IMG/VR virus record: IMGVR_UViG_3300048606_000068
Coordinates: 1-61,421 of that record
Strand: one strand, 5' to 3'
Origin: a virus
Lineage: Duplodnaviria; Caudoviricetes
DNA: 61,421 bases
How positions within the stretch are numbered: position 1 is the first letter of the stretch; each line of letters begins with the position of its first letter. Under the pieces are notes generated by a model. That model did no database searches. It worked only from the letters and a program-made list of their open reading frames with translations, and had not been told where the DNA came from. The position numbers and the translations under genes are program-made. Shown here in pieces: positions 38,007 through 48,049 of this stretch.

Positions 38007-39232
38007 CAGTCCTCCAGCGGTTCTGCGAAGTCCCGGACCGCGATGTCCAGCGCGACCACAGACGGACGGCCGTCGGACTCAGGGACCAGCGCCGGCTTGC
38101 CTTCCGGCTTCTTCAGGAGATCGCCGAGCACCTGCTCCAGCACGACCTTCTTACCGACCCTGACAACCTTCTCCAGGTCACCCAGGGTACGGATCTTGAC
38201 TTCAGGCGGCCGGACGATCTTGTCCCGGTCATAGCCCGCAGCAACCAGTTTCTCGATCGCGGCCAGCTCGTCGGGGATCTTCCGGATGCCACCGGACAGC
38301 ACGGTCTTCCAGCCAGGGATCTCTTCGCCCTTGCTGTAGACGCGCTCCAGGGCCTTCTCTTCCACGGCCGCCGCCCACGCGCGGACCAACGGCAGGATCT
38401 TCAGCGCCTTGGCGTAGTCGTCGCCGCCCATCAGATCCAGATCGTCGGTGCCGAAGTCGCGCTGCACCACGAACTGCATCTGCGCCTTGCACTGGCCGCG
38501 CGCCGGACAGAACCGGCACGCCGTGTCGCTCGGGCCGAACGGCGCATCGTCAGTTACCGCCAGGGCAGCCGCCGGCTCAGCGATTTCGTCACGCCACTTC
38601 AGCAGCTGCACGGCTGGGATCTCGTACTCGCTGACGTGGTCCAGCCGGGGCTGGACGATCACCATGCGGACCGTCTTCACCAAGCCGATCAGATCGGCCA
38701 TCAGCGCACCGAGCCCGTAGAACATCAGCTGCTCGTTGTCAGGAGCATCCACCCGTACGCCGGTGCCGTACTTGTAGTCCACGATCGTCACCATGTCGGT
38801 GCCGATCATGACCCAGTCGCCGGTACCCCAGACGCCCTCGACACCCGGATAGACCTTCAGCTCCGCGTGCATCTGAACCGGGCCGATGTGACGATTCCGT
38901 TCCGCCTGAAGGGCTTCAACGTAAGTCACGGCGTGAATGATCATCTCGTCCTGAACCTCCTGGACGGTCTGATCGCCCAGCCATTCCGCGCCGGCATTGC
39001 TGCCCCGCCACGTAGCCAGGGCAGCCGTGTACATGTCGTCAGTGATCATCCCGAAGTGGTGGCTGGCCACGATCTCGGCGATGGTGTGCGCCGCCGTACC
39101 CTCAGCCGCGTAGACACTGCCGGTGTCCGCCCCCTCGATCTCCAGGGACTCAGCGACGCGGACGGATGCCGGACAGTGGATCCAGCGGTGCGCGGCTGAA
39201 GGACCCAGCCGCGCATGGTCGCGGGACTCCAT
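38006..39232 (-). CDS. Cas4-like PD-(D/E)XK nuclease (DUF2800)
   Basis: HARLGPSAAHRWIHCP, EGTAAH, GTGD, DYKYG, QLMFY, CRFC...C. Confidence 0.9.
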   Translation of the reverse strand: MESRDHARLGPSAAHRWIHCPASVRVAESLEIEGADTGSVYAAEGTAAHTIAEIVASHHFGMITDDMYTAALATWRGSNAGAEWLGDQTVQEVQDEMIIHAVTYVEALQAERNRHIGPVQMHAELKVYPGVEGVWGTGDWVMIGTDMVTIVDYKYGTGVRVDAPDNEQLMFYGLGALMADLIGLVKTVRMVIVQPRLDHVSEYEIPAVQLLKWRDEIAEPAAALAVTDDAPFGPSDTACRFCPARGQCKAQMQFVVQRDFGTDDLDLMGGDDYAKALKILPLVRAWAAAVEEKALERVYSKGEEIPGWKTVLSGGIRKIPDELAAIEKLVAAGYDRDKIVRPPEVKIRTLGDLEKVVRVGKKVVLEQVLGDLLKKPEGKPALVPESDGRPSVVALDIAVRDFAEPLED

Positions 39233-39870
39233 CAGGCCAGGGCCTTGGTGAGCGCGTCGGCCAGCTTGCCGTACTGGTCTTCGGGAACCGCCGAGACGCG
39301 CGGGACGCCGAAGCCCTTCAGGATCGTCTTCAGCGCCTCACGATCGGTGCTGAGCAGATCCGTCGCCAGCTTGGTGATGTCCTGAATGGTGACGCCGCCG
39401 ACGTCTTCGGAAGCCGGCCCCTCGCTGTCGTCGATTCCGGCCGTCTCCTCCTCGCCGAGCCCCGCCCCGGCCTCAGTGGCCTTGTCCTCGGCGGGACCGT
39501 CGCTCTCAGGCGCGGACTGCTCTGCCTTCTCCACCCCGGTCTGAATCGTCGCGAACTGGACCAGGCGCTCATCGTTCGCGTCACGCTTCCGCAGCTCGAA
39601 AGCAGCCATCTGAAGCGCGTCGTACGCCGTGCCATCGCCCGTGTTCGGCCCCTTGAATCGAGCGAGCGCCTCGTCATAGGCGATCTGCTGCTTGTTGCGA
39701 CGGCCCCGGGTGCTGGTCGGCTTCTCCGCCTGCTCCTGGGTGAAGGCACGGCCGTCGGCCGCGAGTCGTTCGCTCAGCGGCTTCTCGTCCACGTTGGACG
39801 GGTCGATCAGGAGGCGCAGGAAAAACAGGTCCGTGTCGCTCAGGTTGTTCGTGTCGATCTGGATGATCAC
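39232..39870 (-). CDS. Hypothetical protein typical of DUF2800-DUF2815-PolA clusters
   Basis: C-terminal ILKGFGVPRVSAVPEDQYGKL. Confidence 0.75.
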   Translation of the reverse strand: MIIQIDTNNLSDTDLFFLRLLIDPSNVDEKPLSERLAADGRAFTQEQAEKPTSTRGRRNKQQIAYDEALARFKGPNTGDGTAYDALQMAAFELRKRDANDERLVQFATIQTGVEKAEQSAPESDGPAEDKATEAGAGLGEEETAGIDDSEGPASEDVGGVTIQDITKLATDLLSTDREALKTILKGFGVPRVSAVPEDQYGKLADALTKALA

Positions 39871-39895
39871 TGAGGATTCCTTCCGTCGGGATTTG

Positions 39896-39936
39896 TCAAA
39901 TGTTACTTGAAACTGAGTGTCAAGCTTAGCACGTCA
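39896..39936 (-). promoter_or_regulatory. Type-2 operator plus degenerate type-1 operator
   Basis: TCAAATGTTACTTGA at 39896-910; TGTCAAGCTTAGCACGTCA at 39918-36. Confidence 0.6.
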
Positions 39937-41271
39937 GACGAGAGCGTCAAGCAGAGCTTGTTGCACTGACACTTTTTTCTCCAGCGCGGCCAGCACGTTC
40001 TCATCCATCGTGCCGGGAACGGTGAGGACGTGGACCATCACGCGGTTGCGCTGGCCCTGCCGGTGCAGCCTGGCGTTGGCCTGCTCCCATTCCTCCATCG
40101 ACCATGACAGCGACGTCCAGACACAGGTGTTGCCGCCATACTGGAGGTTCAGCCCGTGGCCAGCCGACGCGGGGTGAGCCACCATCACCGGCAACTCGCG
40201 CCGGTTCCAGGCGTCGATCGCGCCTTTACTCGTGACCATGGTCGCCTGTGGGATCGCCTTCAGGATGGCTTCCTGCTCGAAGCGGAACCGGTAGAACACG
40301 AGGACCGGGCCGTCGGCCTGCTCAACGATCTCTTTCAGGGCGGTCAGCTTCTCGTCATGCAGACGCACGAGTCCAGCGGGGTTGCCCTCGTCGTCACGAT
40401 CCCGGTAGATCCCCCCGGCCGTGATCTGGGAGAGCTTGCTGGACAACACACCAGCGCTCGGAGAGGAGAACATCTCGACCCCACCGATCAGTTCAATGCT
40501 GCCAACCATCTCCTGTTTCATCTCGTAGTACAGGGCGTGAGCCTTGGCCGGCATCCCAACCGGTACGACGTTCACGACCTTCTCCGGCAGGTCCAGGTCG
40601 TCGAGTGGGATGTGGAGGCAGACGTCTTCGATCGCCTTGTAGATAGCCTTCTCCGCTCCGTCCTTCAGCTCCCACTTCGCAACGACGCCGTTCGGCAGTA
40701 CGACCTTCGGGTACCAGTAGCGCGAGCGGAACTTAGTCAGGGTGTCGTGCAGCCGCTCGCCGTTGTCGATCAGGTACAGCTGCGCCCACAGATCCATCAG
40801 GCCGTTGCCGGCCGGCGTACCGGTGAGAGCCCAGACGTTCTCCGCCAGATTGGTCAGCTTGCGCGCAGCCTTCCAGCGCTGGCTGCTACGGGTCTTGAAC
40901 GACTGTGACTCGTCGAGCACGATCGTCCGGTACTTCGGCTTTCCCCTGACTGAGAGAAGCGAGACCAGGTTGTCCCTGCTGATCACGGTGATGTCCGCAC
41001 CGGCTTTGATCGCGGCCAGCCGCTGAGCCGGGGAGCCGACCGCAGCGGCCAGAGAGAGTTCCGGCCGCCAGCGTTGGGTCTGCTCAGGCCAGACATGCTC
41101 TGCAACCTGCTTCGGCGCGACCACCAACGCAGGCAGGTGATCCGACGTCAGCGCGTCCAGCACGGACAGCGTCTTACCTGCGCCCATCGGCAAGAAGAGC
41201 CCCGCGCGCGGATTGGCGTGCAGATGCTTGACAGCGGCAACTTGGTGATCGTGCAGCTGGTACGCCGTCAT
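39934..41271 (-). CDS. SNF2-family helicase
   Basis: MGAGKT, VLDES, LTGTP, HPASAGHGLNLQ, QANARLHRQGQ. Confidence 0.93.
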   Translation of the reverse strand: MTAYQLHDHQVAAVKHLHANPRAGLFLPMGAGKTLSVLDALTSDHLPALVVAPKQVAEHVWPEQTQRWRPELSLAAAVGSPAQRLAAIKAGADITVISRDNLVSLLSVRGKPKYRTIVLDESQSFKTRSSQRWKAARKLTNLAENVWALTGTPAGNGLMDLWAQLYLIDNGERLHDTLTKFRSRYWYPKVVLPNGVVAKWELKDGAEKAIYKAIEDVCLHIPLDDLDLPEKVVNVVPVGMPAKAHALYYEMKQEMVGSIELIGGVEMFSSPSAGVLSSKLSQITAGGIYRDRDDEGNPAGLVRLHDEKLTALKEIVEQADGPVLVFYRFRFEQEAILKAIPQATMVTSKGAIDAWNRRELPVMVAHPASAGHGLNLQYGGNTCVWTSLSWSMEEWEQANARLHRQGQRNRVMVHVLTVPGTMDENVLAALEKKVSVQQALLDALV

Positions 41272-41504
41272 TCATCCCCCGCTGGTTGGTAGTTCCAATA
41301 CTCATCGCTATCTTTGGTCCACACGCCGTCGGTGTAGCCCAGCCAGCGAGCGGCCGTCTTTTCCACGTATGACTTGATCTTCCGGAGTGACCGCGCGGCT
41401 TGCAGGCCGTCGGCAACGTCCGTCAGAGGAACGTTGCACATCCAGACAGCAGGGTCCACGGAAGACCTGAACACAGAACAGGTGTCCTCGTCTTGATCGC
41501 TCAT
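41268..41504 (-). CDS. Hypothetical protein
   Basis: 78 aa, coupled. Confidence 0.65.
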   Translation of the reverse strand: MSDQDEDTCSVFRSSVDPAVWMCNVPLTDVADGLQAARSLRKIKSYVEKTAARWLGYTDGVWTKDSDEYWNYQPAGDE

Positions 41505-41788
41505 CGGCCCTTCGTTTCCGGCAGATTCTCCAGCCAGGCGTTGACCTCGGGGACGGTCCAGAGCACAGCTACCGGATAGCCGCGCTTCAGCAACTGCTGA
41601 TGGCGAAACAACTGGATGGCCGACACCTTGCCCTTGGGCTGCTTCAGCTCCACCAGATACATCCGGCCACCCGGCAACAGCACCATGCGGTCAGGGATAC
41701 CGGCCTTGGTGGGGACCAGCTTCAGGCACCAGCCCCCGCGCTTCTGCACCTCGGCGAACAGGTGCGCTTCCACGGTTGACTCACGCAT
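41501..41788 (-). CDS. VRR-NUC nuclease
   Basis: MRESTVE, GIPDR, VELKQPKG..S..Q. Confidence 0.9.
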   Translation of the reverse strand: MRESTVEAHLFAEVQKRGGWCLKLVPTKAGIPDRMVLLPGGRMYLVELKQPKGKVSAIQLFRHQQLLKRGYPVAVLWTVPEVNAWLENLPETKGR

Positions 41789-42029
41789 GCCGGAGCCCCG
41801 GGGAAGGGCAACCGGCCGGACCCCAGTGGGGCGTTCCGTCGCAACCGCACTCGTACTTCTGCTCGACCGGCTTCGGCGAAGGGCAGTGGTGGGAAGCAAT
41901 GGCCTTTCGCGGACGGCGCACCTCGTCTGCCAGGTGACCAGCAACGGTCGGCCAGTGGCCGGCGTTTCCGGCGTCAGCAGCGGCTAGGGCGATCTCTACG
42001 AACTCACGCTCTTCTTCTGTCTGGCTCAT
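41781..42029 (-). CDS. Hypothetical protein
   Basis: MSQTEEEREF..., coupled. Confidence 0.6.
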   Translation of the reverse strand: MSQTEEEREFVEIALAAADAGNAGHWPTVAGHLADEVRRPRKAIASHHCPSPKPVEQKYECGCDGTPHWGPAGCPSPGLRHA

Positions 42030-43471
42030 ACGATCACCACCGGCTGAGTCTGGATCCAGTCCAGGGCTTCGCACGCCAGCACGTTCCGGGCGCGGGTGAC
42101 GGCGACGTATGCGAGCATCGCCTCGTCCTTCGGCAGCTCGATCACGCCGGTCTCTTCGTCGGGGGTCTGGCTGAAGTCGTCGCCGATCCGGACGGAGTCC
42201 CATTCGCGACCCTTGGCCTTGTGCGCCGTCGAGACGATCAGGGAGGAGCGCTCTTCGTTGTCGAAGCGGTTGCAGGCATACAAGATGCCCTTCGCGCCGT
42301 ACCGACCGATCAGCTTGACCATCGGCTTCAGGTCCTCGCCGCCATCCTCGGAGTACGCCACGACCTCATCCCAGGAGCCGAAGGCAACGAGTTCCGGGTG
42401 AATCGAGTTGCCCTTCTCCTGCAACTCCAGGCACGCCTTGGCGAGGTCCTCGATCTGCTTCGTACCGCCGACGATCGCAACCTTCTGGCCACGCTCCAGC
42501 CCGAGCATCGCCTCACCCATGCAGCCCATGTTCGTCCGGCAGAGCACGGTGCCGGCGTCCGGGAACCAGCCGACGACACGCGAGTCCACCTGATCGAAGC
42601 CGGTGAGCCGGATGTCCGCGTCGAGCACGTCCAGCCACTCGTTGGCCACCTCCGCGATCGCGTCGCCGAAGCGGAAGCTCTGGCTGAGCGTGAGCTGATC
42701 GCCCGGCAGCACCTTCAGCGCGTCCTTCGCGCCGCGCCATCCGTAGATCGACTGGGCGGAGTCGCCGACGCTCACGCGCTGGAGATGGGTCTGTTCCGCC
42801 ACGACGCCGGTCAGTGCCGGGTTGGCGTCCTGCGCCTCGTCCAGGAACAGGAAGTCATCGCTGATCGTCGGGTGGCTCATGGCCCACATCTTGAAATAGT
42901 GGTCGTGCTCGAAGCGGAGCCGGCCGTCCACGTTGGTGATGTCCGCCCACGCCTTGCGGGCGTAGGGCAGCAGGTACCGCGCGAGTTCCTTCTGCTCGGC
43001 CTCGCTGAAGCCGTTGATCTCGGATACGTGGTCCAGCTTCAGGTCGTCGTCGGCCGAGTAGGTGAACCGCCGCAGCATGTCGCTCACGAGACGGGTCAGC
43101 ACGAAGTTGCCGAACACAGGATGCTCGCCGATCTGGAGGGGCTTCACTCCCATGATCTCGGCGGTCTGCTTCACCGTGAGACGGCTGCCGTTCAAGCGAT
43201 GCTTGTACTTCACACCGACGGCGCGGAAGGCCAGCGAGTGACTCGTCACGGCCTCGGTGTTGAACGGCAGCTTGGCCGCCGCGTCGTCTTTGATCGCGCG
43301 GTTGTACGCGATGAAAGTCCCCGTGTCGTCGAGCTTCTCCCGGGCCAGCAGCACCAGCGTGCTGGTCTTGCCCGAGCCCGCGCCGGCCTGGACACGGATG
43401 TCCTGCCCCGACTCGAAGGCGTCCAGGATCGCGGTCTGCTCGTCGGTGGGCTTGATTTTCAGCGTGCTCAT
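42026..43471 (-). CDS. UvrD-like SF1 helicase
   Basis: AGAGSGKT, LDEAQD, GDSAQSIYGWRGA, SFRFG, TAHKAKGREW, YVAVTRAR. Confidence 0.93.
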   Translation of the reverse strand: MSTLKIKPTDEQTAILDAFESGQDIRVQAGAGSGKTSTLVLLAREKLDDTGTFIAYNRAIKDDAAAKLPFNTEAVTSHSLAFRAVGVKYKHRLNGSRLTVKQTAEIMGVKPLQIGEHPVFGNFVLTRLVSDMLRRFTYSADDDLKLDHVSEINGFSEAEQKELARYLLPYARKAWADITNVDGRLRFEHDHYFKMWAMSHPTISDDFLFLDEAQDANPALTGVVAEQTHLQRVSVGDSAQSIYGWRGAKDALKVLPGDQLTLSQSFRFGDAIAEVANEWLDVLDADIRLTGFDQVDSRVVGWFPDAGTVLCRTNMGCMGEAMLGLERGQKVAIVGGTKQIEDLAKACLELQEKGNSIHPELVAFGSWDEVVAYSEDGGEDLKPMVKLIGRYGAKGILYACNRFDNEERSSLIVSTAHKAKGREWDSVRIGDDFSQTPDEETGVIELPKDEAMLAYVAVTRARNVLACEALDWIQTQPVVIV

Positions 43472-43695
43472 CGGGCCGGCTCCTCGTAGAGGGCTTCGGT
43501 CTTGAGCAGGTTCACCAGCACCGGGGAAGGCGGGCCGCCGATGCCGCCCTGGAAGAAGTAGCTGTGGCTCTCAACGACGAAGTGCACGCCGTTCAGGTAG
43601 ACGTGGTCACCTTTCACCGGGATGGTCTCCACCGGCATCGGGTTGCGGTACGCGGGTGGTACTTCGTCCGTGGGGAGGAATCGGATCAGTTGCAC
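43468..43695 (-). CDS. Hypothetical protein
   Basis: AGGAG RBS, 75 aa. Confidence 0.7.
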   Translation of the reverse strand: MQLIRFLPTDEVPPAYRNPMPVETIPVKGDHVYLNGVHFVVESHSYFFQGGIGGPPSPVLVNLLKTEALYEEPAR

Positions 43696-43794
43696 TGTGC
43701 TCTCCTACCGTTTCTCACCAGGCTCTTGGGGTGTCCTGGTGTGGTAGCGTCACCCTAGCACCAAAATGCACCACTACCAACCGAAAGGGTGGAT

Positions 43795-43959
43795 ATGAGC
43801 GGAGAGACTGTGAGCCTGACGATCCGGCTCCCGAAAGATCTGCATGCCGCGCTGACCCGGCTGGCCCAGCAGGAGCACCGATCCTTGAACGGCCAGGCTG
43901 TTGCGATGCTGAGCGCCGCCACCGCGCCGAAGATGCGTGCCGAGCGACGGGCGGGATGA
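43795..43959 (+). CDS. Arc/ribbon-helix-helix DNA-binding protein (54 aa, not in ORF track)
   Basis: LTIRLPKDLHAALTRLAQQEHRSLNGQAVAML; GAAAGGG RBS. Confidence 0.85.
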   Translation: MSGETVSLTIRLPKDLHAALTRLAQQEHRSLNGQAVAMLSAATAPKMRAERRAG

Positions 43960-44082
43960 GCTGCGGAAGCTTGCCGTCGGCAAGTCTTACACTGACGATC
44001 TCGATCACTGGGGATGTGGAACGGCCCCGGACGAGGCGACTAGTCCGGGGCCGATCTGGTGACCCCCTGCAAGGAAGGATCG

Positions 44083-46365
44083 ATGACGAGTATGACAGAG
44101 ACTGATATGGCTGTCACACCGCTGTCCGAGGCGCAACGACATGCCCTGGAGGTGACGCGCGAGTTGATCAAGCGCGGCGCTCCGGTGTTCATCGCCAAGC
44201 CGGCGCTGGACGCTGACGGCGTGTGGGATCCGAAGGCGGGGATGGGCGGCTACCAGCTTCCCCTCCGCTGGCAGCGCACCAAGCCTGACCCCGGAGTGGT
44301 TGACGAATGGCAGCCCGGAGACGCGCTGTGCATGGTGACCGGAGTCGTGCTGGACCTCGTGGACATCGACACCCAGAAGGGTGGCTCGGCGGACGCGGTC
44401 CCCTTCTTCATGTCGCTGGGGTGTGCCAGTACGCCGAGCGGGGGAACTCACGAGTTCATCGCCCCGCTGCATGTCCGGTCCCTCGACGGCGTTGCGGCCG
44501 GCGTGGACGTCAAGTCCGGGCTGCCGGACGGCCACGGGCGTGGCTTCGCCTTCCTGGCCCCCACGGTCAAGGCGTCGAAGGTTACCGGCGAGCTGGCCGA
44601 GTACGTCTGGTGCGGCGAGCTGCACCTGGACGCGATCGACGGCCAGCCCGACCCGAGCAACGCCGAGCTGGCCGACCTGATCAACTCCCGTCGCGCGCTG
44701 GTCGTGACCTCGTACGACGGCCCCGGGTACGCCGAGCTGGACGAGGACCAGCGGGCCGAGGCCGATCTCTACGTGCTCGACCAGGTCACCTACTGGCGAT
44801 CCAAGCTGGCCGAGGCGGCGACCTGGGAGGACGGGGAGACCGATGACCGGTTCAGGGGCTGGGAGCGGCTGACCGCCGATTTCACCTGGTCATTGACATC
44901 GATGGTCGTGACGCCCTGGCTGAACCTGACCGAGGTCCGCGCAGAGCAGCTGTACGCCGAGGTCCTGCCGTCGGTGATGGCCGACGACCCGAAGTGCTCG
45001 GGCAAGTGGGCACCGACCCTGCGCAAGGCGATGCGCGAACCGTCCTACGATCCGCCACCCTGGGCTGTCGACGGCACCGACCCGGCCGGCGATCTCGGCT
45101 CGGGCATCGCGGGACTGTTCGACTCCAGCAAGCAGCTGAAGCACATCCAGGCCGCCGCGCACTCCCGGGGCGTGAGCGCCATGAACGTCATGGCCTGGAT
45201 GCTGGCGGAGATGCTGATGGGTACGCCGCACGACCTGTATCTGCCGCCCGTGGTCGGAGGACGGGCGAGCATGAATCTCGGGTTTGCACTGGTCGGCGAC
45301 TCTGGAGCGGGCAAGAGCGCGGCTCAGGCCGTCGCCCGGGACCTGATGCCTGAGGCGCTGTACCCCGACGACGACATTCAGCCGATCGGCACCGGTGAGG
45401 GTGTCGTGGACCAGTTCTGCGACTGGACCGACGTCGGCGACGAGAAACAGAAGCTCGTGCTGATGCCGGTCGCCGGCTCCGCGTGCGTCTTCACGGCCGA
45501 CGAGGGCGAGTCGTTCAAGCGCTTGGCTGAGGGGCGTAACGGCGCGACGCTCGGCGAGGTTATCCGGACCGGCCTCACCGGCGGCAAACTCGGCTTCACC
45601 AACACCAAGACCGGCGGCCGCAAACGGGTCGTCCCCGGCAACTCCTACCGCATGCTGATGATGATCAACATCCATCCGGATCAGGCCGACGTGCTACTGG
45701 CCGGTAACGGCGTCGGCACACCGCAGCGGTTCCTGTGGGTGCCGAGCAACGATCCGACCATGCCCGAGACGGTGGAGGAGCTGCCGGAGTGGCCCGGTCA
45801 GCTGCCGTGGTTCCCGCCCGAGGTCCCCGAGGGTGACATCCAGTACCCCGAGCACATCGCCTACGAGATCAAGGACCAGCGGCTGAAGCAGGCGCGCGGT
45901 GAGGGCGACCCCCGCAACGGGCACCGGATGCTGGTTCAGCTGAAGGTCGCCTACGCCCTGGCGATGCTGCACGGTCAGGCCGTGATCGACGATCAGTGGT
46001 GGGCTCTGGCCGGCCGGCTCCTGGACCTGTCGTTCCAGGTCCAGGACATGTGCTTCGAGCGGATGGGCAAAAACAAGCTGAAGGGTCGAGTCGCTCAGCT
46101 CGACGTTGAGCACACCGCAGCTGGCATGTCAGTCGAGGGTCGTATCCAGGAGGCCGCCCTGGCGGTCGTCAAGAAGCTCCAGGCCACCCCCGGGCAGCCA
46201 AAGACCTGGAGCGAGGCGCGACCGTCCTACAAGCGCCGTCAGGGCCTGGAGGCAGCCGAGATCGTAGACCTGGTGCGCCAGCAGATCGGGATTACGGTGC
46301 AGGAGGCAGTCGATCCGATCCGGGGCACTCAGCAATGGACTATGTGCTTCGATCCGACTGGGTGA
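44083..46365 (+). CDS. Bifunctional primase-polymerase/helicase replication protein
   Basis: LDLVDIDT, STPSGGTHEF, FLAPT (prim-pol); GDSGAGKS Walker A, FTADEG Walker B. Confidence 0.85.
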   Translation: MTSMTETDMAVTPLSEAQRHALEVTRELIKRGAPVFIAKPALDADGVWDPKAGMGGYQLPLRWQRTKPDPGVVDEWQPGDALCMVTGVVLDLVDIDTQKGGSADAVPFFMSLGCASTPSGGTHEFIAPLHVRSLDGVAAGVDVKSGLPDGHGRGFAFLAPTVKASKVTGELAEYVWCGELHLDAIDGQPDPSNAELADLINSRRALVVTSYDGPGYAELDEDQRAEADLYVLDQVTYWRSKLAEAATWEDGETDDRFRGWERLTADFTWSLTSMVVTPWLNLTEVRAEQLYAEVLPSVMADDPKCSGKWAPTLRKAMREPSYDPPPWAVDGTDPAGDLGSGIAGLFDSSKQLKHIQAAAHSRGVSAMNVMAWMLAEMLMGTPHDLYLPPVVGGRASMNLGFALVGDSGAGKSAAQAVARDLMPEALYPDDDIQPIGTGEGVVDQFCDWTDVGDEKQKLVLMPVAGSACVFTADEGESFKRLAEGRNGATLGEVIRTGLTGGKLGFTNTKTGGRKRVVPGNSYRMLMMINIHPDQADVLLAGNGVGTPQRFLWVPSNDPTMPETVEELPEWPGQLPWFPPEVPEGDIQYPEHIAYEIKDQRLKQARGEGDPRNGHRMLVQLKVAYALAMLHGQAVIDDQWWALAGRLLDLSFQVQDMCFERMGKNKLKGRVAQLDVEHTAAGMSVEGRIQEAALAVVKKLQATPGQPKTWSEARPSYKRRQGLEAAEIVDLVRQQIGITVQEAVDPIRGTQQWTMCFDPTG

Positions 46366-46385
46366 GGCTCGGCTGGTACCTGTCT

Positions 46386-46639
46386 GGTCTCGTTAGGTAC
46401 GACAGGTACGGCGTACCTAACGGGGAAAAATTGAAAACAGTAAATTTAAGTAAGTTTAAGTAAAATATAAGCATAGAGTTACAGAAGTAACTTAAAGTAG
46501 TTAAAATCATGCATTCCCGCGAGTCCTGTTATTCACAGCCTGTGGATAACTCCATTTTCAAATGGTCCCCGTTAGGTACGTACCTCTCGTACCTAACGGT
46601 TGAGCGTGAAATGGCTCTGGCCCGTACCTAACGGGGACC
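46386..46639. other. Origin-like element B (candidate replication origin with DnaA boxes)
   Basis: Directly after prim-pol; AT-rich core; CGTTAGGTACG/CGTACCTAACG iterons; TTATTCACA 46529-37 and TGTGGATAA 46541-49. Confidence 0.78.
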
Positions 46640-46665
46640 GCGTGGCTCGGTGGTACAGTGAAGGC

Positions 46666-46887
46666 ATGCCGACAGAGAACGTGGAACCGCAGATCGACTG
46701 GGAGAGCCGGGCCGACGGAGAGCCTCACCTCCTGCTGCTGGACACCCACTACAGCCGCGACGTGCGCCTGGTCCGGCGGGCGGCCGGCATGTGGGCTCTG
46801 CGCCACGGGTTCCGCTGCCTGACCGACATCAGTGCCGACCCGAGCGGACTGATCGTGAGATTCCTACCGAAGACCGGAAAGGTGTGA
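46666..46887 (+). CDS. Hypothetical protein
   Basis: 73 aa. Confidence 0.65.
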   Translation: MPTENVEPQIDWESRADGEPHLLLLDTHYSRDVRLVRRAAGMWALRHGFRCLTDISADPSGLIVRFLPKTGKV

Positions 46888-46890
46888 CAG

Positions 46891-47070
46891 ATGAGTGCAA
46901 CGGAGGGACTCCTCCTGGAAGACCCGGAGGGTTCCAAGATCATGCTGACCCGGATCGATGATGCGGTGTTCACCGTCGCGGCCGAGCTGGCTCCCGGAGC
47001 TGTCGCGTTCCGGATGTTCGAAGAGAACCGCGCCAAGCTGCGCAGCTTCCTCAAGACCCTGGACGGCTGA
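46891..47070 (+). CDS. Hypothetical protein (59 aa, not in ORF track)
   Basis: MSATEGLLLEDPEGSKIML...; GAAAGG RBS. Confidence 0.7.
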   Translation: MSATEGLLLEDPEGSKIMLTRIDDAVFTVAAELAPGAVAFRMFEENRAKLRSFLKTLDG

Positions 47071-47073
47071 GCC

Positions 47074-47391
47074 GTGAAAGACATCGTCTACCTGACGGTC
47101 TCCCGGGCCGGCGTGCAGAGCATGCGCAAGAGCCTGCCGTCACTGCGCCGAGGTGAGATCGCGGTCAAGGTGCACATCACGGCCGCTGACAAGGCGTTCG
47201 CACCGCCCACGATCGAGCAGCACATCGATATCCAGGACCCCTACCAGGGGGTAGATCTGGAAGATGTGCACTTCAGCGGCTCGACCATCACCCAGCAGGA
47301 AGCCGAGATCATCCGGCAGCGCCGGCTGGCGAAGGCCGCTGAGATCCTGGCCGCCAACGGCTACGCCGTCACTCCCCTGGAGGGCAAGTGA
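47074..47391 (+). CDS. Hypothetical protein
   Basis: 105 aa. Confidence 0.75.
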   Translation: MKDIVYLTVSRAGVQSMRKSLPSLRRGEIAVKVHITAADKAFAPPTIEQHIDIQDPYQGVDLEDVHFSGSTITQQEAEIIRQRRLAKAAEILAANGYAVTPLEGK

Positions 47392-47855
47392 AGATCACTG
47401 ACCGCGCTGAGCGGGAAGCCTGGACGGCGTACATGAACGCCAACCACACTCTCGACACCTGCCGCCTTCCTGGTGTTCGGGCCGCCTTGGAAGCCGCCGC
47501 GCCGTACATGCTGGCCGACGACACGACCTCGGACGGGTATCACACCGTCGGCGAGCTGTACCGGCATCGGCTGCTCTTGACCGCCACGATGTTCCATTCG
47601 TGGGTCTTCAGCCCTTCGGGCTGGAGCTGTTATCGGACCCGCCGGCATAACCCCGAGGACAGCGAGCCCATGTTTCCCGGCATGTTCAAGGTCGGCGCGG
47701 AGCTGCCCACTGGCGAGATCACCTATCACTACCCGGATGGGTGCTGGGACCTGTTCGCGACCACACCCGAGATCGAGCACTCGCCGAAGTACGACGGACA
47801 CACATCCACCGAGGTTTCGAATCGGCTTGAGATGTATCTACGGGGGCAGTGGTGA
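47388..47855 (+). CDS. Conserved phage hypothetical protein
   Basis: SDGYHT..ELYRHR, GEITYHY...W..F, YDGHT. Confidence 0.8.
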   Translation: MKITDRAEREAWTAYMNANHTLDTCRLPGVRAALEAAAPYMLADDTTSDGYHTVGELYRHRLLLTATMFHSWVFSPSGWSCYRTRRHNPEDSEPMFPGMFKVGAELPTGEITYHYPDGCWDLFATTPEIEHSPKYDGHTSTEVSNRLEMYLRGQW

Positions 47856-48049
47856 GCGAGAACTTGAAACCCGGCCCGGCTTCCCCGAGCGTCGCCCTGG
47901 CATTCATCGCGATCGTGCTGATCGGCACCGGGGTCTGGATGGAGTACGGCAGCAGCTTCGCGCTCATCGTCGCGGGCCTGCTCATGCTGGCCTCTGTTGC
48001 CCTGGCCGCCCGGTATCGCTACGTCTGGGGAGACCCGGCTGACAAGTAG
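47852..48049 (+). CDS. Small membrane protein
   Basis: Two TM helices. Confidence 0.7.
   Translation: MSENLKPGPASPSVALAFIAIVLIGTGVWMEYGSSFALIVAGLLMLASVALAARYRYVWGDPADK

Noticed and set aside
38006-39232. Cas4-like gene as part of a CRISPR system
   Set aside because: No repeat-spacer array or other cas genes were seen; it sits in a standard DUF2800-DUF2815-PolA phage replication cluster.
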